The notes: a model not told the origin generated them from the letters alone. DNA of 64,000 bases from Acidobacteriota bacterium (GCA_963664705.1 OY761556.1:6336001-6400000); one strand, 5' to 3'; shown: positions 40,050 through 50,990, counted from the stretch's first letter. Numbers and translations are program-made.

Positions 40050-40893
40050 GATCGGAATTCCTTTGAGAACGTTTTAGTGCATTGCGCTTAGGCGAAAACA
40101 CGTAGGCCAAAGCAAATATGATTGTAGCCATGAGAACTACTGAGGCGCCGGACGGAAGGTCGAAAACGTATGATATCAGCAATCCCAGCACGCAGGCGCT
40201 TATTCCCGCTCCAGCGGCTATCAGGAAAAAGAGCTTGAGATCATACGCAAGCTGAAGCGCCGTGGCTCCTGGCTGAATGAGCAGCGCAAAAATCAGCAGG
40301 CCGCCTACGGTTGATAGATTTGATGATACAACCGCGCCTGTCAGGAACAGGAGAGAGTAATAAATGAGGCGCTCAGGCACTCCTGATGCTGCGGCCAGCC
40401 TTCTATTGAAGAGGACTGCTCGGATTTCCTTGAAGAAAAGAAAGATGAAAAGCAGCAACACGCATGTTATTGCCAAAAGAACTAGAACATCTCGATGCGA
40501 TAGGGACAACAGGTTCCCCCACATCAGTGACAGGATCCCGGCTTTTGTCTTGGTTAGAATGCCCAATCCGAGAAACGCAATCCCCATAAGGAAAGAGAAG
40601 AAAATGCCCAGCATATTTTCAGGAGCGATTCTTGCACGATCCGAGAGGGGACCAAGCACTCCCGCAACAGCCAGACATAAGATGAATCCCGCAACTACTG
40701 GATTGACTCCAAGCAGCATTCCCAAAACCGCTCCCGCAAATGCGGCGTGAGACATGGACACTCCAATGAGCGGCATCCGCATAAGGACGACAAAAACCGA
40801 AAGAAGAGAGCAACTCAATCCGCATAGAACGCAGGCAAGAAGCGCTCTCTGGATAGGCAGATAGGTCAAACCTTCCAATAGATGCTCAACCAA
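40000..40893 (-). CDS. Metal ABC transporter permease (ZnuB/ABC-3 type)
   Basis: SMSHAAFAG, LMWGNLL, VGGLLIFALL and DLPSGASVV motifs. Confidence 0.88.
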   Translation of the reverse strand: MVEHLLEGLTYLPIQRALLACVLCGLSCSLLSVFVVLMRMPLIGVSMSHAAFAGAVLGMLLGVNPVVAGFILCLAVAGVLGPLSDRARIAPENMLGIFFSFLMGIAFLGLGILTKTKAGILSLMWGNLLSLSHRDVLVLLAITCVLLLFIFLFFKEIRAVLFNRRLAAASGVPERLIYYSLLFLTGAVVSSNLSTVGGLLIFALLIQPGATALQLAYDLKLFFLIAAGAGISACVLGLLISYVFDLPSGASVVLMATIIFALAYVFSPKRNALKRSQRNSDHAHDIRRNLSDEETVL

Positions 40894-41662
40894 GGGAAAC
40901 AAACCTCCTGCCGTTTCGCTCGAAAATTTCAAGCGGGCAATTAAAGAGTCGGCTCAGCATAGAGCCTGTCAATGCTTCATCAATTGTGCCGTCGAATACG
41001 ACCCGCCCGCTATTCAGGAAAACAGCGCGCTTCATGCATTTTGGCAAAAGGTTGAAATCGTGGGTTACAAAAAGAACCGTTAGCGATTCCCGCTCATAGA
41101 GATCTGCAATCAGGTTCAACACTTCCATTTGAACCGCAATATCCAGATTGGAGGTGGGCTCATCGAGCAGGAGTATCTCGGGCTTTTGAATGATTGCGCG
41201 CGCAATCGAGATTTTTTGCCGTTCGCCACCTGACAGATGCCCGAGCGGGCGGTTCGCCAGATGAGCGATCCGCATCAGTTCCATCAACTCCGTTGCTCTT
41301 TTGCGATCCTGTTTGCCCGGCGAGTGGAATAAACCAATGCGACCATAAAGGCCGGTCAGGACTGCTTCAATGGCTAAGATTGGGAATCCCGGATCGATTT
41401 CGAATAATTGAGGAACATACCCGATCCGCGTGCGACTTTTTCGCGAACGGACCCAGGTTTCGTCGCGATCGAAAAGATGAAGATTGCCTTCGAATCTTTC
41501 GAAGCCGGCGACGGTATTCAGTAATGAAGTTTTGCCTGCGCCGTTTGGTCCGATAATGCCGACAAACTCATTTCTATGTACCTGGAGACTGATCTTATCC
41601 AACAGGACACAATTCGGCTTCCTTACGGATACCTCCTCGAGATTTATCACCGAAATGTTCAT
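40886..41662 (-). CDS. Metal ABC transporter ATP-binding protein
   Basis: GPNGAGKT, LSGGERQ, LLDEPT and VTHD motifs. Confidence 0.92.
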   Translation of the reverse strand: MNISVINLEEVSVRKPNCVLLDKISLQVHRNEFVGIIGPNGAGKTSLLNTVAGFERFEGNLHLFDRDETWVRSRKSRTRIGYVPQLFEIDPGFPILAIEAVLTGLYGRIGLFHSPGKQDRKRATELMELMRIAHLANRPLGHLSGGERQKISIARAIIQKPEILLLDEPTSNLDIAVQMEVLNLIADLYERESLTVLFVTHDFNLLPKCMKRAVFLNSGRVVFDGTIDEALTGSMLSRLFNCPLEIFERNGRRFVSLG

Positions 41663-42498
41663 TAATTCGTTCCAGCTGCAGCCAGCGCCGCATTCACATT
41701 CTCGCTGAGCGTAGATACGTATCCTTTTTCCGACGGAAAGTTGGAAAAGATCACATGCGGCACATCTAATGCCTCCGCGATTCCCTTGCCGGCTTCAGGT
41801 CCCGATTGAAGATTATCCACGATCATAACGGCCTTTTTATCCTTGCCGATCCGAGTAAGCTCGACGATTTCCTTCGCCGAGAGAGATTCAGGTCTGCCGT
41901 ACTCGCCGACAACACGGAATCCCATCCATTCCAAAGGCTCCTTCAACATGGATGATGAGATCACCGGCTTTTGAGAAACGAAGGCTTGCTGCAATCTGTC
42001 ATTGAGACTCTTTGTCATTTCATCTGTGTCCCGGACCGCTCGCTCCTTCCGCTTTGAGATTTGTTGCCTCTGTCCAGGGAAGCGCTCGATGAGTCTTTCG
42101 GCGAGGATGCCCAAACCGGCGATATAGGAGGGTGGAGTCATCCAGTTGCGGCCTTTCGTGTCTATGAGGAGATGCTTGTCGGCCGCGATTTCTGTTTGAT
42201 TCATGAAAGGCATCCCGAGAAAGGATATAACAAGATCAGCCTGCTTCACTTTGGCGATATCTGTGAGCTTAATATCATAATGCCCTGGACACTGCCCTGG
42301 AGGCAGAATTGCGGTTGTCGCGAAACTGTCAGAAGGCAACAGTGCCTCGCACATTCCAGACAGAATAGTGTCGGAAGTTACAATGCTTTTAGGGCTTTTC
42401 TGTTGCTCGCTTGATGTGCTTCTCTGACAGCTTATAGTAATAAAGGCCAGGGCCAGCGTACCGATAGCAACAATGAATTTCGTTCTTTGAGCGATCAA
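41662..42498 (-). CDS. Metal ABC transporter substrate-binding lipoprotein (ZnuA-like fold)
   Basis: Lipobox-like ITISC; LPPGQCPGHY; operon context. Confidence 0.8.
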   Translation of the reverse strand: MIAQRTKFIVAIGTLALAFITISCQRSTSSEQQKSPKSIVTSDTILSGMCEALLPSDSFATTAILPPGQCPGHYDIKLTDIAKVKQADLVISFLGMPFMNQTEIAADKHLLIDTKGRNWMTPPSYIAGLGILAERLIERFPGQRQQISKRKERAVRDTDEMTKSLNDRLQQAFVSQKPVISSSMLKEPLEWMGFRVVGEYGRPESLSAKEIVELTRIGKDKKAVMIVDNLQSGPEAGKGIAEALDVPHVIFSNFPSEKGYVSTLSENVNAALAAAGTN

Positions 42499-42511
42499 GA
42501 GTCTCTCCCTG

Positions 42512-44542
42512 CTAGAATTTTATCCTCACGCCGCCGGCAGCATTCGTTCCTGGCATTGGATAGCCGGCAATCTCCTGATAGTCCCTGTCGAACAGATTGT
42601 CTACCATAGCAAAAATGGTCCAATGCTTTCCCATCGGGACCGTGCATTTGAGGGTCGCAGCAGTATAGGCATCAAGCCGAATTGTCCGGGCTGTATTGGC
42701 CCACGTGCGTCCGACAGAGCTTCCTCCAAAGGAAACGAAAGCATGAATCAAATCAACATCCAGCGAATAGTTGAATTTGTTTCCCGGAACATATGGAGCG
42801 AGATTGGTTGAGCTGAGATATGCGTATCCAGATGACAGACTGACACGGCGTGTCACGTTCCAACGGGCATTTGCTTCCAACCCGCGGTTAGACATGCGTC
42901 CAATGTTCTCCAATTTCAGATTGGGAAACATGCCAGTTGCTACAATGAGGTTGCTGACATCTGAATAGTATCCTGTGATCCAGGCTAAAAGACTGGCGCC
43001 GGGACGCACCTGAAAAGTAGCCTGATAATTCCAGAGTCTTTCGGGTTGCAGTGTGGGCGTAGGGGCAGGAAACAAGTACAGCTCTCTGATGGTTGGATTC
43101 CTGAATCCTTTGCCGATTGCCAGCGAGAGTGAGTAGCCGTTGGCAATGCGATAAGATGCACCAAATTCGGATGCAGTAACGCCTCCAAAAACCGAATTGT
43201 CGTCATAGCGAAATCCGGCATTCAGCCGTAGTCTGTTCGAAACAGTCCAACGTGCGCGAGCAAAACCGCCGCCTTCGCTCACATGGTGCTCGCCATAGTC
43301 ATAGCCGGTCGCAATGCTTTTCGCTCTCCCTCCATATTGGGCAGCGTCTCCGCCAAGGTCCAGTTCGAGATTCGATATGGGTGCAAACGTCTCTTGGATT
43401 CGAAAGCCTGTGTTGCTGTCGACTGAACGAAATCCGTCATAAATCATGTGATGACCATAGCTGGAAAAGAATCGTATGGATCCCCACGACTGTTCATCAC
43501 GGTTATCCAAACTCAGGCTGTACCCACCTCTCCCCACTCTTGACCAGTGCCCGGCTGTCGGAGCGTCAATGGTTCCCGGATCTTCTACATTGAAGTGTCC
43601 ATATCGTCCTTCTACCGAGGCCTTCCACACAGGAGTCAGGTCATACGACAGATGTATGCTGCCATCCTGATTCCGGAAGGAGGAATTTTCACGTTGGCCA
43701 TTGGTATGCTCAATACCGCCGGCAATCTGATAGTTAAACTGTCCCAACTGGCCGCCATGAGATAAACGATCTTGACCTGTGTAATAAGATCCCAAACTGG
43801 TGGTCAATTCCGTATGAAAGCCGGGTTCGGAAGAAGTCGGCTTGATTTCAATAGCTCCTCCCATGGCTCTATTACCATAGAGAACCGACGCCGGTCCGGC
43901 CGTAACGCTGATGCTCCCAACATCTGTTAAAGAGTAGAAGTCCGGGATCGGGTGTCCCATCAATCCCATGACCTCCGGGCGCCCGTCGATGACTACCAGC
44001 AACTCCGTCGTGGGCGAGCCGCCCACTCCTCTGAGAGCAATTGAATTGGATGTCCCCAAGCCATGGCCGAGAATGCCTCGGCTAGGGACATAGGCGCTGG
44101 GGATCAACTTATCCACTGCGTCATAGACCGTACGGGCTCCGCTGCGATCGATCACAAGTGCGCTTCTTTCAACGGATCCTTCCGATGCAGGATCCTCCTT
44201 CACCATCACTTCAATGGAGGTATGGAGTATCGCCGGTACCAGATGCAGTTTGATTGGTCCTGAGGAGGCATCGTCTATCCTTTGACTCAATGGTTCAAAA
44301 CCCGGCGCTTTCACCTGTACCGTGGCTGGTAGCTGTATCTCGGCGACGACACGACCCTGACCATCAGACACCATTGAGATAATTTGCCGGGGCTGTGTGA
44401 ATCCTCGAATCTCCACGGTTGCCCCCGGCACTGCGGAGTCGCTGGGGTCCAGTATCTGGACGGTGAAATCGTCAGAAATTAGGGGGGCTGAACAGATCAG
44501 AAACGCAAGGATAGACACGAACGTGATTTTGGCCATCATCAT
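42512..44542 (-). CDS. TonB-dependent receptor
   Basis: Signal peptide, plug LRGVGG...IDGRP, barrel NLFDRDY, terminal Phe. Confidence 0.9.
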   Translation of the reverse strand: MMMAKITFVSILAFLICSAPLISDDFTVQILDPSDSAVPGATVEIRGFTQPRQIISMVSDGQGRVVAEIQLPATVQVKAPGFEPLSQRIDDASSGPIKLHLVPAILHTSIEVMVKEDPASEGSVERSALVIDRSGARTVYDAVDKLIPSAYVPSRGILGHGLGTSNSIALRGVGGSPTTELLVVIDGRPEVMGLMGHPIPDFYSLTDVGSISVTAGPASVLYGNRAMGGAIEIKPTSSEPGFHTELTTSLGSYYTGQDRLSHGGQLGQFNYQIAGGIEHTNGQRENSSFRNQDGSIHLSYDLTPVWKASVEGRYGHFNVEDPGTIDAPTAGHWSRVGRGGYSLSLDNRDEQSWGSIRFFSSYGHHMIYDGFRSVDSNTGFRIQETFAPISNLELDLGGDAAQYGGRAKSIATGYDYGEHHVSEGGGFARARWTVSNRLRLNAGFRYDDNSVFGGVTASEFGASYRIANGYSLSLAIGKGFRNPTIRELYLFPAPTPTLQPERLWNYQATFQVRPGASLLAWITGYYSDVSNLIVATGMFPNLKLENIGRMSNRGLEANARWNVTRRVSLSSGYAYLSSTNLAPYVPGNKFNYSLDVDLIHAFVSFGGSSVGRTWANTARTIRLDAYTAATLKCTVPMGKHWTIFAMVDNLFDRDYQEIAGYPMPGTNAAGGVRIKF

Positions 44543-44555
44543 TGTTCCCTTCTAA

Positions 44556-44672
44556 GTATTACGATTATATGAAACGTAACACTAGCAGAGTAGGCCATAA
44601 TCAACAAGAAATATTCAAAATATTATGCCGGATTCATTGAATGGCGTATTACTGAATGAGCATACGTAATAC
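44556..44672. promoter_or_regulatory. Two probable NikR operators
   Basis: GTATTAC-N13-GTAACAC (44556-44582) and GTATTAC-N13-GTAATAC (44646-44672), between the TBDR and nikR genes. Confidence 0.7.
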
Positions 44673-44785
44673 CATTGTCGTATTATTCAATAAATTAAAT
44701 GGGCTTTCCTTGCGCAAAAATCAGGCCGCGAATCATAAGCGCGATCATGTAAAATACGGGGAGCCTATATTGGGAGTGACTGCTT

Positions 44786-45205
44786 ATGTCAACATTGATA
44801 CGGACAGGTATTTCGCTTGAACAGGATCTTCTCGAAAGGTTTGATCAAGTTATCAAACAGAAGGGATACGGCAGTCGATCGGAAGCTCTCCGGGACCTGG
44901 TTAGAGATCATTTTGTTGAAGAAGAAGTTGCCACAAATAAGATCGTTGTTGGGACCATCACACTGGTTTACGATCATCATCAACCCAAGCTTTCCGAGCA
45001 GCTTGTTAGTGCTCAGCATGATTACAAGGGCCAGGTTTTGGCGACAACGCACGTTCATCTGGATCATCACAATTGTCTCGAGGTGATCATTCTCAAGGGG
45101 CATGGGACTGACGTCAAAAAATTCTCAGACCAACTTTTGAGCCTAAAAGGTGTAAAGCATGGGAAACTTGTGCTGACCAATGCTCCCGTGAGTCATCACC
45201 GATAA
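44786..45205 (+). CDS. nikR: Nickel-responsive regulator NikR
   Basis: RHH RTGISL...SRSEALRDL; YDHH and HVHLDHHNCLE motifs. Confidence 0.95.
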   Translation: MSTLIRTGISLEQDLLERFDQVIKQKGYGSRSEALRDLVRDHFVEEEVATNKIVVGTITLVYDHHQPKLSEQLVSAQHDYKGQVLATTHVHLDHHNCLEVIILKGHGTDVKKFSDQLLSLKGVKHGKLVLTNAPVSHHR

Positions 45206-45422
45206 CAGTTCAGGTCTGCAAGCTCATCTCCAAGTCCTCTGGCGACGCGGCGACCTAAATTCCGAACTAAGAAATTCCTTCCAGCAAGACTCATTCTTAA
45301 AGACGCCAAGCTTTCGCCGGGGCATTTGTAGGCCTGGTGCACAGACAGTGGATAATTCAACTATCTGTGGAGTGCGCAAAGGGTTGAACACTATGTCATC
45401 TCTGACATATACTGCGGACGTC

Positions 45423-45755
45423 ATAGCAACGAACCTAAGCCTCTTGTCTGGATGAGAGCGGTTGTTAAATCGCCTCCTTTTTCTAAGAATGCAAGACTTG
45501 AAGCCGGGGTTCTGCTGAGAAAGCTCCAAAAACGCCAAATGCTCGAAATGCCGCCTTCGCAACCCATGCCTATTGTCGGAGAACGATGCCATGAATTAAG
45601 AGTGGTCGATATTGAAAAGAATTGGCGAATTGTTTATCGCATTAATATTGATGCGATCGTGATTCTGGACGCCTTCAGCAACTAGACTCGAAGCACTCCA
45701 CAGTCAGTGATTGATCGGCAGAGAACAGAGATTGAGGGAGTACGACGATGCATAG
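45423..45755 (+). pseudogene. RelE/HigB-like toxin, inactivated
   Basis: KPLVW...PPFS..ARLEAG, CHELR and WRIVYR motifs. No ATG before SNEPKP, in-frame TAG at 45683-45685, and a later frameshift before QRLREYDDA. Confidence 0.7.
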
Positions 45756-46080
45756 CAATAAGAGAAAACGTCTCGAAGCGAAAGGATGGGAAATTGGAGA
45801 TGCTAAAGGATTTCTTGGGCTCACTCCGGAAGAAGAAGCTTACGTAGAAATCAAACTCAAGCTTTCTGAAAGCTTTCGCGCTCATAGATTGCGTCGCAAA
45901 ATGACGCAATCCGATGCTGCTAAACTGCTAAAATCGAGCCAATCTCGGGTTGCAAAAATGGAAGCTGGTGATAGTTCCGTGTCTCTGGATTTGCTTGTGC
46001 GCTCGATTCTCGCCCTCGGGGTATCCGGCAAAGGGTTGATTCAGAGGCTTTCAACGCGAAAACCATCCCGTGCTGCCTGA
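45748..46080 (+). CDS. HigA-like HTH antitoxin
   Basis: KRKRLEAKGW..GDA..FLGL; MTQSDAAKLLKSSQSRVAKME. Confidence 0.82.
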   Translation: MHSNKRKRLEAKGWEIGDAKGFLGLTPEEEAYVEIKLKLSESFRAHRLRRKMTQSDAAKLLKSSQSRVAKMEAGDSSVSLDLLVRSILALGVSGKGLIQRLSTRKPSRAA

Positions 46081-46130
46081 TTTTTTGTGCTCTCCCGTTA
46101 TTAGTTCTCAAGGATAATGGAGTTAATCCT

Positions 46131-46640
46131 ATGCTGTTGCCAATCCTTAAATACGGAGCTTCGGTACTGAAATCCCCAGTCAAACCGGTTGATTTCTTCA
46201 CTTCCGAACTCGAGAAAATCGCTCAGAATATGATCGAGACGATGTATGCGGCCTCTGGAGCCGGACTTGCCGCAAACCAGGTGGGGATAGATATAAACAT
46301 CACCACCATGGACATCTCAGGAGGACACGAAGCCGACAGGCTGATCACGCTTTGCAATCCCAAGATCATCTTCTCGGAAGGCGAACAGAGTGGAGAAGAG
46401 GGATGTCTCAGCATCCCTGACTTCAATGAAATCGTAACGCGGCCTCGAAAAGTAGTAGTCCGCGGACAGGATATTCATGGCGACGAGATAACTATTGAAG
46501 CAGAGGACATGCTTGCCCGTTGCCTAAGCCATGAAATCGATCATCTCAAAGGCGTGATGTTCATCGATCACCTGAGCGCTCTCAAGAGAAGCCTGATCAA
46601 GAACAGAATCAAGAGACTTATGAGAGCCGGCAAATGGTGA
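46131..46640 (+). CDS. def: Peptide deformylase
   Basis: GAGLAANQVG, EGCLS and HEIDH motifs. Confidence 0.95.
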   Translation: MLLPILKYGASVLKSPVKPVDFFTSELEKIAQNMIETMYAASGAGLAANQVGIDINITTMDISGGHEADRLITLCNPKIIFSEGEQSGEEGCLSIPDFNEIVTRPRKVVVRGQDIHGDEITIEAEDMLARCLSHEIDHLKGVMFIDHLSALKRSLIKNRIKRLMRAGKW

Positions 46641-46656
46641 TCTCCTGCCGGGTCGA

Positions 46657-49600
46657 TTACAGGCCCTTTTCCCGCAAGACATAAAAAATAGCTGGCGTTA
46701 CCAGCAACGATAAAATCATCGAGATTGCTACTCCGCCTATTACCGCAATTGCGAGCGGCTGAAGCATCTCTGCTCCGGAACCGATGCCGATAGCCAATGG
46801 CAGCATTCCAAATATTGTGGCCAGTGCAGTCATTGCGATAGGTCTCAAGCGGCGCCTGCCTGCCTGGAAAATAGCTTCACGAAGAGGAATCCCTTGCTCC
46901 GAAAACGCCTTTTCCGAATCCAGCATGAGAATACCGTTCTTATGAACGATGCCGACGACCATGATCGTTCCCATGAATGAAGAAATGTTGAGCGTCGTGT
47001 GAGTCAGGAAGAGCGCGAAAAGAGATCCTGATGTACAAAGAATCGTTGCCACCAGGATCGCGATCGGATGTGAAAACGATCGGAACTCGAACACGAGGAT
47101 GATGAATATTAGGATAATCGAGGCAAACAGGACCTGTGTCAGTCCAAGGAAGGATTCCAGCTGGACTTTATACAGACCGCCAAATTCTATCTCGGTCCCC
47201 TGCGGCATTGGAACTTCCTTGTAGATCCTGTCCTGGATCTCCTTCATGGCTGAGCCCAGGTCGCGACCGGCCAGCCGGGCTGTCACTGCGGAAGTATTTC
47301 TAAGGTTATCCCTCCTCACTTCCGTCATGCCCTCATCCATTTGTAATTCGGCTATGCTGGAGAGAGGAACGGTCTGACCGGTCGGCGAAGTTACCTGGAG
47401 TGATTTCAGCTTGTCGATCGAGGAGCGATATTCCGCCGGATAACGTACGCGGATGCCAATGAGCCGATTACCTCCGCGTATCATGTCCGAAGCCAGCTGA
47501 CCATCCAGAATCGCCGATTCAAGATCAGCCACATCGCGGACGCTGAAGCCGGCGCGCTGCGCCTTTTCCAGATCCACACGGAAATTTGCTGCAGGGCCGA
47601 TCACAAAAGTCTGGTTAACGATGTCGACTACTCCCGGAATTTTCGGAAGCCACTCCTCAATCCTCTTGGCAACCTCTTTGTATGTTGCCTCGTTATCGTG
47701 AAACACTTTGATCTCGATCGGCTGAGGCGACCAAGCAAGATCGCCGACAAGGTCTTCGAGAATGTGAGGAAACTCGACCTCGATCGCGGGTTCAGACGTT
47801 GTTATCTTGGTCCTGAGTTCTTCAGTTACCTCCTCGAGCGAGCGTTTGCGGTCCTTTTTCAGTTTGATAAGGAAATCGCCTGTGTTGGGCTCGGCTATCG
47901 CGAGAGCGAGGCGAACTCCAGTACGGCGTGAGTAGCTCTCGATTTCTGGGGTTTCGCCTAGATATTTCTCTACATGACGCAATACGCGATTGGTTTCTTG
48001 AAGAGAAGTGCCGGGTGGCATTCTATAGTCCAGGACAAAAGCACCTTCATCCATATCGGGAAGAAATCCGCTGCCAAGCTGGAAATAGACGACAACCGAG
48101 AGAACGATCACTCCCAGAGCTATCAGTAGAACCACGCGCGTGTGGAGCAGGACCCAGTGAAGCGCCTTTTCGTATCGCGCAGTCAGGAATCGGAGAATGC
48201 GTCCTTCGCCGGCCTGCTCAGCTTCCGCAATATCAGCATGTCCCTCAACCTTTGTATGTTTCAGGAATACCCCGGCCAAGACTGGAGTGAAGAAGATGGC
48301 AAGCACCAACGATGCAAGCAGTGCCGTTGCCATAGTAAAAGCAAGGGCTCTGAAGAACACCGCCGTGATCCCGCCAAGAAACACCAACGGAACAAAGACC
48401 ATGATCGGAGTCAGTGTCGATCCGATCAAGGCCGGCGTCAGTTCGTGAATTGCGTTCTTTGCCGCTTCCCGCGGAGGCTGACCGAGAGACATATGTACCA
48501 TGATGTTCTCGACCATCACGATTGCATCATCGATGACAACACCTATCGATGCAGCCAAACCTCCCAGGGTCATGAGATTAAAGCTTAGATTGAAAAGCTT
48601 CATGAAGACGATCGCGATCAGAGTGGCAATCGGGATCACGATTGCGGCAACCACAGTTGTACGCCAGTTCTTCAAAAACGCTATCAGCACCGCGATCGAG
48701 AGCAGCAGCCCGATAATGATACTGTCCCTAACACTTCCAATAGAGTCGCGGACAAGCGTTGATTGATCGTAGAAGACCGACAGGTGAATGTCAGGCGGAA
48801 GTGTTTTGCGAATTTCAGTCAATTCGCGATTCACGGCATTTGCTATATCTACTGCATTGCCGTCAGGCTGTTGCAGAACGTTCACCAAAACCGCGGGCTG
48901 ACCATTGGCCGTCACGATGTTGTAAACAGGTTGCTCGCCGGGGACGACCTGCGCCAGATTCCTGATCAGCACCGGAGTTCCTTTGGCAACATCCACGACG
49001 ATATTTTCTATCTGCTCCTTCTGCCGGATCAGGCCGGTGACCGTGGTCAGGTAAAGATGATAATTCTCCTGCACCATCCCGGCAGACTCGATCAGGTTCG
49101 TGTTGCGGATTGCATCCACAACTTTGGTAAGCGGCATTCCATAGCTATTGAGCTTTTCCGGATTCACCAACACGTGGTATTCCGGCTGCCGCCCTCCAAC
49201 AACCCGCGTCTCGGCTACGCCGGGGAGCCTGTAGAGTCGCGGCGTGAGATCGTAATAAGCAAGATCCCAAAGCTCGGTCGTGCTTCTTGTCGGAGAGGTG
49301 ATGCTGAAACCGATCATTGGGAAAACCGAGAACGTCAGGCGATTGATGTAGAACCGGGTCGAACTCGGCAGGGTCGGCAGAATCTGCGAAATCCTCCCTT
49401 GCACCAGGTGCAGCGCATCGTGGATGTCCACATCCCAGCGAAAGAAAACGCTGATTTCGCTGGAACCCCGGCTTGTCGTGGAACGGACGTCGGTGATGCC
49501 TGGAACCAAACGAATCGCCTGTTCAATGGGCCGGGTTACCGTGAGCATCTGCACGTCTACCGGCGCTATGCCGTTGTCCACAAGAATCACGATCCGAGGA

Positions 49601-49731
49601 AAATCGGTCTGTGGAAAAATTGCGATCGGCAACCGGAACAAAAACAATATTCCCGCAATCGCAAAGGCGAAGACGACCAGAATCAACGCCCGGCCGTGTG
49701 CTTCTATGAAATCCCCAAGACGTCCCGTCAC
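46657..49731 (-). CDS. RND efflux permease (CusA/CzcA-like)
   Basis: 1024 aa; GVVIDDAIVMVEN and RRLRPIAMT motifs. Confidence 0.92.
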   Translation of the reverse strand: MTGRLGDFIEAHGRALILVVFAFAIAGILFLFRLPIAIFPQTDFPRIVILVDNGIAPVDVQMLTVTRPIEQAIRLVPGITDVRSTTSRGSSEISVFFRWDVDIHDALHLVQGRISQILPTLPSSTRFYINRLTFSVFPMIGFSITSPTRSTTELWDLAYYDLTPRLYRLPGVAETRVVGGRQPEYHVLVNPEKLNSYGMPLTKVVDAIRNTNLIESAGMVQENYHLYLTTVTGLIRQKEQIENIVVDVAKGTPVLIRNLAQVVPGEQPVYNIVTANGQPAVLVNVLQQPDGNAVDIANAVNRELTEIRKTLPPDIHLSVFYDQSTLVRDSIGSVRDSIIIGLLLSIAVLIAFLKNWRTTVVAAIVIPIATLIAIVFMKLFNLSFNLMTLGGLAASIGVVIDDAIVMVENIMVHMSLGQPPREAAKNAIHELTPALIGSTLTPIMVFVPLVFLGGITAVFFRALAFTMATALLASLVLAIFFTPVLAGVFLKHTKVEGHADIAEAEQAGEGRILRFLTARYEKALHWVLLHTRVVLLIALGVIVLSVVVYFQLGSGFLPDMDEGAFVLDYRMPPGTSLQETNRVLRHVEKYLGETPEIESYSRRTGVRLALAIAEPNTGDFLIKLKKDRKRSLEEVTEELRTKITTSEPAIEVEFPHILEDLVGDLAWSPQPIEIKVFHDNEATYKEVAKRIEEWLPKIPGVVDIVNQTFVIGPAANFRVDLEKAQRAGFSVRDVADLESAILDGQLASDMIRGGNRLIGIRVRYPAEYRSSIDKLKSLQVTSPTGQTVPLSSIAELQMDEGMTEVRRDNLRNTSAVTARLAGRDLGSAMKEIQDRIYKEVPMPQGTEIEFGGLYKVQLESFLGLTQVLFASIILIFIILVFEFRSFSHPIAILVATILCTSGSLFALFLTHTTLNISSFMGTIMVVGIVHKNGILMLDSEKAFSEQGIPLREAIFQAGRRRLRPIAMTALATIFGMLPLAIGIGSGAEMLQPLAIAVIGGVAISMILSLLVTPAIFYVLREKGL

Positions 49732-50990
49732 TTTGCCTTCTCCTCGGAAGAACGTACCTCCGTGCCGTCCGGAAGACCGTATCCCCCTTCCACGATCACC
49801 AGTTCTCCAGCAGTGATCCCGCTAATAATTCGAACTTTGTCGCCCGCCTTCTCACCTGTTTCGACTTCTCGTTTGTGCGCGATATTTTTGCCATCGACAG
49901 CCATAACGGTCCCCTTGGGAGTGCCCTCTTCAAATTGAACCGCCGCCAGGGGAACAACAACACTTCCCGGTATCGTGCCCTTGACAATTTTTACCCGTCC
50001 AAAAGCTCCGGACCGAAGCTCTTTTTGCCTTCCCGGGATTTCAGACCAGACCTCGACTGTACGCCTTGCAGGATCAACACTGCGATTCACCATTGTTACC
50101 TTGCCCTGAAAAACAGAAGCGGGACTATCCGTCGGACTGAAAATGGATAACTGACCAACCCCTATACCACCAGCTTCAGCTTCAGGAACCTGTGCGCGAG
50201 CTACTGCGACGGAAATATCGATCACAGTGAAAATTGGTGCATCCGGCTTCGCCATGTCGCCGGGATACATGAACTGCTCTATTATCGTGCCGGCAAATGG
50301 ACTTGCGATTTTTGTAAACTGGATTTGCTTATCGAGCAGTTCCAGCCTAGCTTTTGCCTGGTCCAGCCGGCTCTTGGCTATTGCAAGGTCTCGCTCGCGG
50401 GATTGCGTCAGAAGCAAATCCAGCGACTTTTTTGCAACCTCATAATCCGTCTTTGCCTGCGCCAGTTCGGTTTGGCTTGTCAGAACCTCCCGGCCCGAAA
50501 TCGCCCTCTGGTTCAAGAGTTCCCGGCGCTGATCGTAGATCTTCTGGGCTCTGTTGACAGCGGCTTCCGCGCTCTCAACTTGGCCCTTGGCGCGCTCGAT
50601 ATCCATAGGCAGGGTGCTTTGCGTAGTCTTCTGCAAATTAGCTTCTGCATCAGCTACAACTGCGACGGCTTCCTGTCTCTGAGCAACCAGATCGCTGTTG
50701 TCCAACTCTGCCAGAATCTGTCCTGCCTGTATGGAATCGCCTTTTTGGGCATGGAGTCGGCGTATCGGTGCTGTTACCCGAGCTGCGATGTTTGCTTGCT
50801 GGCGGGGGAAGATGGTCGCGGGGGCTGTCACCGAAAGCTGGATATCAGCTACCTGGGCGCGTTCCAATTTAACGGCCACGACTGGCTTTGCCTCCTTCTC
50901 TTCGGGCTTGGAGCAGGCTTGCCCAAAGAGAATTAGTGTGAAACCCATCAGCGCCGAACCTGCATAAAATTTATGTCTTTGCATGATCAA
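49728..50990 (-). CDS. RND membrane-fusion (periplasmic adaptor) protein
   Basis: Lipoprotein signal, coiled-coil hairpin, IASPFAG and VVVP motifs. Confidence 0.9.
   Translation of the reverse strand: MIMQRHKFYAGSALMGFTLILFGQACSKPEEKEAKPVVAVKLERAQVADIQLSVTAPATIFPRQQANIAARVTAPIRRLHAQKGDSIQAGQILAELDNSDLVAQRQEAVAVVADAEANLQKTTQSTLPMDIERAKGQVESAEAAVNRAQKIYDQRRELLNQRAISGREVLTSQTELAQAKTDYEVAKKSLDLLLTQSRERDLAIAKSRLDQAKARLELLDKQIQFTKIASPFAGTIIEQFMYPGDMAKPDAPIFTVIDISVAVARAQVPEAEAGGIGVGQLSIFSPTDSPASVFQGKVTMVNRSVDPARRTVEVWSEIPGRQKELRSGAFGRVKIVKGTIPGSVVVPLAAVQFEEGTPKGTVMAVDGKNIAHKREVETGEKAGDKVRIISGITAGELVIVEGGYGLPDGTEVRSSEEKAK

Noticed and set aside
48763-49938. 391-aa plus-strand ORF
   Set aside because: Antisense shadow of the RND permease, with no recognisable motifs
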